Source: Candidatus Azambacteria bacterium (lineage in GTDB: Bacteria; Patescibacteriota; Minisyncoccia; UBA10092). From it: a DNA stretch of 64,000 nt. The translations under genes and the position numbers were made by a program. The stretch lies in NCBI GenBank assembly GCA_016213445.1, contig JACRAJ010000001.1, positions 78,203 to 142,202 on the forward strand, given 5' to 3'. The stretch's first letter is position 1; each line of letters starts with the position of its first letter. This document shows, in pieces, positions 57,111 through 64,000 of this stretch. A model generated the notes under the pieces. It was not told the DNA's origin. It ran no database searches and was given only the letters and a program-made list of their open reading frames with translations.

Positions 57111-57650
57111 ATGTCCGGACACAGTAAATGGTCTACAATCAAACATAAAAAAGCTTTAACCGACGCCAAAAAATCGAAGGTTTTTTCAAAGATTGCCTCG
57201 CTCATCACCATCGCCGCGAAAAAAGGCGGCAATCCCGCCGATAATCCGACTTTGCGGACGATGATCGAAAAAGCGCGCGAAGTGAATATGCCCAAAGAAA
57301 ATATCGAACGCGCCATTAAAAGAGGCGCCGGAGAAATTGCCGGTGCTCACCTCGAAGAAGTCGCCTATGGCGCTTTCGGGCCCGGCGGCGCGGTTATTTT
57401 AATCACCGCGATTACCGACAATAAAAACCGGACGCTGGCGGAAATTAAAAAAATTTTATCTGACCATAACGCCAAATTCGCCGAATTGAATTCAATCCAA
57501 TGGATGTTTCGCCGCGAAGGAGCCGATTGGATCGCTAATAACCCCGTAAAAATAGAAGATGAAAATGCCAAGCGAGAACTTGAGGCGCTTTATAACGATT
57601 TGGACGAACAGCAGGATGTAAGTGAAATATATGATAATATTGGGGATTGA
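57111..57650 (+). CDS. yebC: YebC/PmpR family protein (short)
   Basis: MSGHSKWSTIKHKK, NMPKENIERAI, TDNKNRT. Confidence 0.93.
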   Translation: MSGHSKWSTIKHKKALTDAKKSKVFSKIASLITIAAKKGGNPADNPTLRTMIEKAREVNMPKENIERAIKRGAGEIAGAHLEEVAYGAFGPGGAVILITAITDNKNRTLAEIKKILSDHNAKFAELNSIQWMFRREGADWIANNPVKIEDENAKRELEALYNDLDEQQDVSEIYDNIGD

Positions 57651-58116
57651 TCCGGGCACGACTCGCATCGGCTACGCCGTAATTAAAAAAGAAAGCGGCG
57701 ACAATATCGATTTATTAACCTTCGGCTGCTTGGAAACCAAAAACAAGGAGCAGAAAAATCGCTTGACCGAAATTTCCGATTTTATTTCCGGACTTATTTC
57801 AAAATACCGGCCGAAAACTCTGGCGATTGAAAAACTTTTTTTTACGAAAAACGTCAAAACCGCCTTGTCGGTCGCCGAAGCCAGAGGAGTGATTATAAGC
57901 TCGGCAAATTCGCTGAATTTGGACATTCGCGAGTTTACGCCGCTTGAAGTGAAACTCGCCATTGCGGGATACGGCAAAGCGGAAAAGAACCAAGTCAGAA
58001 AGATGGTTTGCCGCATTTTAAAAATCGAAAAAATGCCCTTATTGGACGACACCAGCGACGCTCTTGCCATTGCTCTCACCGCTTGTTATACTAGCCCCAA
58101 ATTATCATTTAAATAA
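57631..58116 (+). CDS. ruvC: Holliday junction resolvase RuvC
   Basis: ILGIDPG, AIEKLFF, EARG, GYGKAEK, DDTSDALA. Confidence 0.96.
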   Translation: MIILGIDPGTTRIGYAVIKKESGDNIDLLTFGCLETKNKEQKNRLTEISDFISGLISKYRPKTLAIEKLFFTKNVKTALSVAEARGVIISSANSLNLDIREFTPLEVKLAIAGYGKAEKNQVRKMVCRILKIEKMPLLDDTSDALAIALTACYTSPKLSFK

Positions 58117-58121
58117 AAAAT

Positions 58122-58307
58122 ATGACCGCAAAAAGTCATTTTAACAACGATGATATTTTTGATAAAATAGACGAAGATGAATTAGAAGACCCCGAGGTGC
58201 CGGAAATGGGAGAGGGCGACGAAGATGAAATGTTCATGCCAAAAAGCGCCGAAGCGATTTTTGACGACGATACGGAAACGGAAGATCATTCCTTTAAAGA
58301 AATATAA
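58122..58307 (+). CDS. Small very acidic protein
   Basis: 61-aa D/E-rich ORF filling the gap between ruvC and the terminator. Confidence 0.6.
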   Translation: MTAKSHFNNDDIFDKIDEDELEDPEVPEMGEGDEDEMFMPKSAEAIFDDDTETEDHSFKEI

Positions 58308-58314
58308 TCGTAAA

Positions 58315-58350
58315 AATAAAATAATCCCGCCGCGGCGGGATTATTTTATT
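58315..58350. terminator. Bidirectional terminator
   Basis: AATAAAATAATCCCGCC-GC-GGCGGGATTATTTTATT between convergent genes. Confidence 0.85.
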
Positions 58351-59540
58351 TTAATCTTTGCAAAACGCCTTTTGCCTATTTGGACTATAAAATCCGATGC
58401 GATATTTATTTTTAAATCTTTAATCGGCCGGCCGCCAATTTTTACCGCGCCCTCATTCACTAATCGCCGGGCTTCGCTTTTTGATTTAACCAAATTTGTT
58501 TTAATCAACAAATCAATCATCTTGTAGCTCCCCTTTTCCAATAAAACCGCGGGCATTTTTTCCGGCAATTCGTGTTTTCTGAAAACTTTTTCAAATTCCA
58601 TTTCCGCCTTCTCGGCATTTTTTTCGCCGTGATACATTTTAACCAATTCAAAAGCCAAACGGCTTTTAACGTCGCGCGGATTCGCGCTTCCCGATTTCAT
58701 GTTAAATTCAAGTTCGACAATCTCGTTATCGGGAACCAATGTCAACGCTTTAAAATATTTTATTATCAGCGAATCGGGGGTCGACATTATTTTCCCGAAC
58801 ATGATGTCGGGTTTTTCGGCAATGCCGATATAATTGCCGTAGCTCTTGCTCATTTTTTTCGCGCCGTCGGTGCCTTCAATAAGCCAAGTCGTCAAAATAT
58901 CTTGCTCGGGCTGGCCGTAAGCCCGCTGTATTTTTCTGCCGGCCAAAAGATTGAGCAATTGATCTTCGCCTCCGATCTCAACATCCGCTTTCACCATTAC
59001 CGAATCATACCCCTGAAACAACGGGTACATCATTTCGGTGGCGGAAATATCTTTACCGCTTTCGATTCTTTTCCTGAAATCTTCTCTCTTAAGAACTTGC
59101 TGAACCGTCATGTGCCCCGCCAGCCGGTAAAAATCGGCGGCTTTCATTTTTTTAAACCATTCGCCGTTAAAGTGAATTTCGGTTTTTTTGATGTTTATAA
59201 TTTTTCCGGCCTGCGACAAATAATTTTTAAAATTTTTCTTGATTTCCGATTCCGCGAGCGGCTTTCTCGCTTCGGTTCTGCCGGTCGGATCGCCTATTCG
59301 CGCCGTAAAATCACCGATGATTAAAACGGCTTTGTGCCCCATTTCCTGAAACTGCTTCAGTTTCAACAACGGGACGGAGTGTCCCAAGTGAATGTCGGGC
59401 GATGTCGGGTCGATGCCGAATTTGATTCGCAAAGATTTGCCGGAAGACAGCGCTTTTTCCAAATGCTCTTTCACAACTGCGCCTGAAACCGCCCTGTTTA
59501 AAAGAGTTTTGATTTTTTCCGCATCGGCAACGATTTTCAT
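58341..59540 (-). CDS. tyrS: Tyrosyl-tRNA synthetase
   Basis: GIDPT..HLGH, GDPTG, YPLFQGYD, KMSKS, S4 domain. Confidence 0.97.
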   Translation of the reverse strand: MKIVADAEKIKTLLNRAVSGAVVKEHLEKALSSGKSLRIKFGIDPTSPDIHLGHSVPLLKLKQFQEMGHKAVLIIGDFTARIGDPTGRTEARKPLAESEIKKNFKNYLSQAGKIINIKKTEIHFNGEWFKKMKAADFYRLAGHMTVQQVLKREDFRKRIESGKDISATEMMYPLFQGYDSVMVKADVEIGGEDQLLNLLAGRKIQRAYGQPEQDILTTWLIEGTDGAKKMSKSYGNYIGIAEKPDIMFGKIMSTPDSLIIKYFKALTLVPDNEIVELEFNMKSGSANPRDVKSRLAFELVKMYHGEKNAEKAEMEFEKVFRKHELPEKMPAVLLEKGSYKMIDLLIKTNLVKSKSEARRLVNEGAVKIGGRPIKDLKINIASDFIVQIGKRRFAKIKIK

Positions 59541-59644
59541 AAATCAACCATATCAAATCGCGCGCCCTTTGCCAAATTTTCAACCAATCGAAAAAAAATA
59601 TTTTATTTGAACTTTTTCGGATTTTATTGTATAAATATTTGGCA

Positions 59645-61777
59645 ATGACTAAATACAATAAAATTTCTTCCAAAATCGCGTTTTGGGGGATTATCGCTTT
59701 TTTCGCCGCCACAACGGCATTTATTTTGGCATTTTTTTATTACAGCCGCCAACTGCCCGATCCGAACGCCTGGCAAAACAGAAGGGTCGTGCAATCGACT
59801 AAAATATACGACCGCGACAACAAAAATCTTCTTTATGAAATCCACGGCGAAGAAAAAAGGACGGTGATCGCTTTTGATCAAATTCCCCAAACGGTAAAAA
59901 ACGCCACCATAGTCGCCGAAGACGCGACATTTTACCAACATTCGGGCATTAATATTCGCGGCATTGCCAGGGCGATTTTAACCGATATCAAAGGCGGCGC
60001 GCCGCTTGAAGGGGGATCAAGCATCACTCAACAGCTTATTAAAAATGCCTATCTTTCGCCGGAACGCACCATGAGCAGAAAAATAAAAGAATTTATTTTA
60101 GCCATCGCGCTTGAAAGAAGGCATTCGAAAAATGAAATCCTTAATTTTTATTTAAACCAGATTCCTTACGGTTCCAATTCTTACGGCATTGAAGCGGCGG
60201 CGCAAACTTTTTTCAACAAACCCGCCAAAGATCTCTCGCTTGCCGAGGCCGGTTATTTGGCCGCTTTGCCCCGCGCTCCATCCTATTATTCGCCTTACGG
60301 CAATCATCCGGAAGAACTTAAGGCGCGCGCCGATTATATTTTAAACCGATTGCATGAATTAAAATACATATCGGACGGCGAATACAAAGAAGCGCAAAAA
60401 ACAACGGTAAACTTTGTCGGCCAAAAAGCCGCCATCGCGGCTCCCCATTTCGTGATGTTTATCCGCGATTATTTGAACGAAAAATATGGGGAGGACTTCG
60501 TCGAAAAGGGCGGATTGAGAGTTACCACCACCCTTAATTTTGACATGCAAAAAAACGCCGAAACCGCCATTGCCGACGGCGCTAAGCGAAATGAAATTTA
60601 CAATGCCGCAAATGCCGCTCTGGCAGCTATTGATCCAAGAACCGGCCAAATTTTGGCAATGGTCGGCTCCAAAGATTATTTCGGCGATTCGGAGCCTGCG
60701 GGCTGTGAACCGGGAAAAAATTGCCGGTTCGAACCTAATGTAAATGTGGCTACCAGAGTAAGGCAGCCTGGATCGTCTTTCAAGCCGTTTGTTTACGCCA
60801 CAGCTTTAAACAACGGCTATGCGCCCGACACAATACTTTGGGATATTCCCACGGAATTTAATCCCTTGTGCTCCTGGAACGGCGTCGCCGAGCCCGGCGT
60901 TGACCAACAAACCTGCTATAAACCGAAAAATTATGACGGCCAATACAGGGGGTCTGTCACCTTAAAGCAAGCTTTGGCTAATTCATTAAACGTTCCTTCG
61001 GTTAAAATCCAGTATCTTGCCGGACTTAAAAATTCCCTAACTACCGCCGAAAATATGGGAATCACCACTTTAAGGGATGCTTCCAGTTACGGGCTTTCTT
61101 TGGTTTTGGGGTCGGCCGAAGCAAAATTATTGGATATGGTATCGGCTTACGGCGTTTTTGCGCAGGAAGGAATGCGAAGAGAGCCAACGGGCATTTTAAA
61201 AGTTGAGGACGGCAACGGAAATATTTTGGAAGAATATAAAGATAAAGGCCAAAAGGTTTTAAGCGAACAAGCGGCGCGGGAGATCAGCGATATTTTATCC
61301 GACAATAGCGCCCGAGCTTCGATATTCGGGCTGCACAGCCCGTTGTCGCTTGGCGATAGGCCGGCGGCGGCCAAAACTGGAACAACTCAAGACCCTAATG
61401 ACCCGACGAAATCGAGAGATGCCTGGATCATCGGCTATACTCCTTCGCTGGTAGCCGGAGTATGGGCCGGCAATAACAATAACGATCCGATAGAAAGGGG
61501 AGGGGCGGGTATGGCCGCCGCCGGCCCGATTTGGAATGATTTTATGGCTAAATCGTTAAAAGATTCTCCAATTGAAAATTTTTCCAAGCCCGATCCCGTT
61601 TTAACCGACAAGCCGATTCTTAATGGCCAATATCGGATAAATAATCAAATTCACAATATTTTACATTGGATCGATAGGGATGATCCGCAGGGAGAATCGC
61701 CGAAAAATCCCGAAAGCGACCCGCAATATAAAAATTGGGAAGCGTCTTTGCAAAACTGGCTGGCTACGCGTTTCTAA
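59645..61777 (+). CDS. Class A penicillin-binding protein (transglycosylase-transpeptidase)
   Basis: AED..FY, GGSSITQQLIK, YLN, SSFK, SLN, KTG. Confidence 0.95.
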   Translation: MTKYNKISSKIAFWGIIAFFAATTAFILAFFYYSRQLPDPNAWQNRRVVQSTKIYDRDNKNLLYEIHGEEKRTVIAFDQIPQTVKNATIVAEDATFYQHSGINIRGIARAILTDIKGGAPLEGGSSITQQLIKNAYLSPERTMSRKIKEFILAIALERRHSKNEILNFYLNQIPYGSNSYGIEAAAQTFFNKPAKDLSLAEAGYLAALPRAPSYYSPYGNHPEELKARADYILNRLHELKYISDGEYKEAQKTTVNFVGQKAAIAAPHFVMFIRDYLNEKYGEDFVEKGGLRVTTTLNFDMQKNAETAIADGAKRNEIYNAANAALAAIDPRTGQILAMVGSKDYFGDSEPAGCEPGKNCRFEPNVNVATRVRQPGSSFKPFVYATALNNGYAPDTILWDIPTEFNPLCSWNGVAEPGVDQQTCYKPKNYDGQYRGSVTLKQALANSLNVPSVKIQYLAGLKNSLTTAENMGITTLRDASSYGLSLVLGSAEAKLLDMVSAYGVFAQEGMRREPTGILKVEDGNGNILEEYKDKGQKVLSEQAAREISDILSDNSARASIFGLHSPLSLGDRPAAAKTGTTQDPNDPTKSRDAWIIGYTPSLVAGVWAGNNNNDPIERGGAGMAAAGPIWNDFMAKSLKDSPIENFSKPDPVLTDKPILNGQYRINNQIHNILHWIDRDDPQGESPKNPESDPQYKNWEASLQNWLATRF

Positions 61778-62894
61778 TCGGCATTAAAATATAGAAAAAA
61801 TCATTATTTTCAACCGGCCTTATAACCGCCGGTTTTTGATCGCCGTTAAATTCCAAAATAATATCATCGCTTTTTATATTTTTCAGCCCATCCAAAAAAT
61901 ACCGCCAGTTAAAAGTAATATTAACGTCTTTTCCTTTGATTTCCGAACTAATTTTCGCCTCATGATTGCCAACTTCGTTATTATTCGAAAAAACTTCCAG
62001 ACGGGATTCGGCGCCGTTTGCTTTAAGCGTTATCTCGTTTAATTTCGAAGAAAAACAACCGGCCAATTTTATCGCTTCTTCCAAATCATTTCTTGAAGCG
62101 CGGCATATGGTTTCAAAAGATTTGGGAATAATCGCTTCATAATCCGGATAATGGCCTTCAATCAACCTTGATATGAGATGCGTATCCGTAAGATTGAATA
62201 AAATTTGATTTTGATCCATGTCGATTGAAATATTAATATTTTTGTCTCCCAAAATTCTCAAAATTTCATTGGCCGTTCTTAATGGAATAATAATGTTTCG
62301 CGAGTTCGCATAGTCGATTTTTATTTTATCTTTCAATTCTTCCGATTTTAAAAATAAAGTTTTATGCGCCAAGCGAAAACTGTCGGTCGACACGAATTTA
62401 ACTTGATCCGGTTCAATCACGAAATAAACGCTCGATATTTCCGGCCGGGCATCGGAGAGAGCCGCGGAATTCACAACACTGCCGAGCGCTTCTTTTAAAA
62501 TTTTAGAGTTAATATTTAAACTGAAAGTGTTTTTTATTTTGGGAATTATTGGAAAATCCTCAGCGCTTAAACCGTTGATAAACGCTTTTATATTATCGCA
62601 ACTTAAATAAAGTTTTTTATCTTTTACTTCAATATTAATATTTTTATTGGGAAGATTATTCACAAATTGGCTTAAAAGTTGGGCGGGAACCGTGATACTT
62701 CCTTCTTTCGAAATTTTGGAAGATACCCAAGAAATAAATCCGATTTCCAAATCAGTTGAAGAAATTTTTAATCTTCCTTTATCGGTGGCAATTAAAAAAT
62801 TATTCAAAATCGGCAATGTGGAATTATACTTTACAATCCTTAAAGCGTTATCGAGATTTTCTTTTAAATTTTCTTTTAAACATGTGATATTCAT
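61764..62894 (-). CDS. dnaN: DNA polymerase III beta clamp
   Basis: LPILNN, STDLEI, STDSFRL, SRLIEGHYPDY, ILMP. Confidence 0.96.
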   Translation of the reverse strand: MNITCLKENLKENLDNALRIVKYNSTLPILNNFLIATDKGRLKISSTDLEIGFISWVSSKISKEGSITVPAQLLSQFVNNLPNKNINIEVKDKKLYLSCDNIKAFINGLSAEDFPIIPKIKNTFSLNINSKILKEALGSVVNSAALSDARPEISSVYFVIEPDQVKFVSTDSFRLAHKTLFLKSEELKDKIKIDYANSRNIIIPLRTANEILRILGDKNINISIDMDQNQILFNLTDTHLISRLIEGHYPDYEAIIPKSFETICRASRNDLEEAIKLAGCFSSKLNEITLKANGAESRLEVFSNNNEVGNHEAKISSEIKGKDVNITFNWRYFLDGLKNIKSDDIILEFNGDQKPAVIRPVENNDFFYILMPIRNA

Positions 62895-63157
62895 AAGGTA
62901 TTAATAATATATATTAATTTATATATATTAAAATTTATTGTTATTATTATAGTCTTGTAAATCTGGGGAAAAGCTTTTATTATTTGTAATCCAAGCCTTT
63001 ATTTTTAGGGTTAAATTGTTGATAATTTTGTTGATAATCTATTAATATTTTAGGGATTATTTTTTGCGTGAATTTTTTATTTTATTTTTATAAACTTTTT
63101 ACCAACCGTTAATCCACTTATTTATCCCGCTTTTTTCCACAATCTATAAGATGAAAA
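62895..63157. other. Probable oriC (dnaA-dnaN intergenic)
   Basis: Very AT-rich tract next to dnaN; DnaA-box-like TGTTGATAA (63017, 63029), TTTTCCACA (63133), TGGGGAAAA (62964). Confidence 0.75.
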
Positions 63158-64000
63158 TTAAACTAAATAAAGTTTTTCTTTTATCGAATTTATTTCATCA
63201 TTTAACACGGAATTCGATTCTAATTCTTTTTTTATTTTTTCACAGGCATGAATCGCAGTCGTGTGGTCGCGTCCGCCGACTTTAAGGCCGATGAAAGGAA
63301 AAGAACTTTTTAACTCTTCTCTTAATAAATACATGGTTATTTGGCGGGGTTTTACAATTTCTTTTTTTCTCGATCGCTCCAATAATTCTTTTTCGCTGGT
63401 ATCGTAATATTCGGCGACGGCTTTGATTATATTTTTAAAAGTCGTGTTTTTTTTAGGGGCGCTTATAAGCAGATTTAGGGTTTTTTTGACGTCGATCATA
63501 TTTAATTCTTTTTTACCGAGTTGATGGTTGGTTGCTATCAGGCGGTTTAAAGCCCCTTCCAATTCCCTTACATTCTTTTTTATATTCTGGGCGACATATT
63601 CGCATATTTCATCCGACAAATCCATATTTTTTTCATTAGCCTTCGATTTTAAAATAGCAATCCTTGTTTCCAAATCGGGATATGAAATATCGGCGATCAT
63701 TCCGCCTTCAAAGCGCGAACGAAGGCGTTCTTCAAGAGTTTGGATTGATTTTGGCGATCGATCGGAAGATAGGATTATTTGCCTGCCGGCATCGTATAAA
63801 GCGTTGAAAATATGGAAAAATTCTTCTTGCGTTTTTTCTTTTCCGGACAGAAATTGAATGTCGTCTATTATTAATAAATCAATTTCCCGCCAGCGCCTTT
63901 TAAAATCGTCAATGTCGCGCGGCCTTAAAGAGCCCGATCTTAACGCCGAAATAACCTCCGATGTAAATTTTTCCGAAGTGACGTATTTTATTTTTTTAGC
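63158..64000 (-). CDS. dnaA: Chromosomal replication initiator DnaA (5' part outside the window)
   Basis: IDDIQF..QEEFFH, RLRSRF, NVRELEGAL, GGRDHTT. Confidence 0.97.
   Translation of the reverse strand, partial: AKKIKYVTSEKFTSEVISALRSGSLRPRDIDDFKRRWREIDLLIIDDIQFLSGKEKTQEEFFHIFNALYDAGRQIILSSDRSPKSIQTLEERLRSRFEGGMIADISYPDLETRIAILKSKANEKNMDLSDEICEYVAQNIKKNVRELEGALNRLIATNHQLGKKELNMIDVKKTLNLLISAPKKNTTFKNIIKAVAEYYDTSEKELLERSRKKEIVKPRQITMYLLREELKSSFPFIGLKVGGRDHTTAIHACEKIKKELESNSVLNDEINSIKEKLYLV

Noticed and set aside
4735..59324. Many 100-250 aa antisense ORFs (e.g. 8083-8715, 33135-33758, 58572-59324)
   Set aside because: They are shadow frames fully opposite well-supported genes and have no motifs.

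Overview
Core-genome window of a small-genome bacterium, most likely Patescibacteria/CPR (Parcubacteria-like). This is inferred from the short IF2 and YebC, the type IV pilus and competence genes, and the mostly SD-less starts. The window runs from a type IV pilus operon (pilM/N/O, pilB, pilT, pilC, pilins, pilD) and comF into an accessory region at about 9.8-22.9 kb. That region holds an M16 peptidase with a tiny acidic peptide, HicAB, surface proteins, an IS481 remnant, a PIF1 helicase/nuclease pair and a type II R-M system. Housekeeping genes follow (infB, rbfA, comEC, ftsAZ, hisS, pth, dprA, topA, rel, parAB, ruvABC, pyrG, mutM, polA, tyrS, PBP, dnaN, partial dnaA), with a probable oriC and six tRNAs. 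Four observations stand out. (1) About a dozen GC-rich palindromes of 23-31 bp, mostly exactly 30 bp, sit in-frame inside essential genes (polA three times, ruvB, topA, pth, comEC, comF, a pilin, a helicase). One family keeps a 6-3-6/6-3-6 double-hairpin geometry while its sequence changes. (2) Two HNH endonuclease genes are joined to tRNA 5' ends; one appears to have replaced the 5' half of tRNA-Ser and uses the anticodon as its stop codon. (3) Three copies of a gene 3' end encoding LALP(N/D)WREIIPR* delimit cargo cassettes next to the pilus operon. (4) There are several unannotated structured intergenic elements. All calls come from reading the sequence; no database searches were run.
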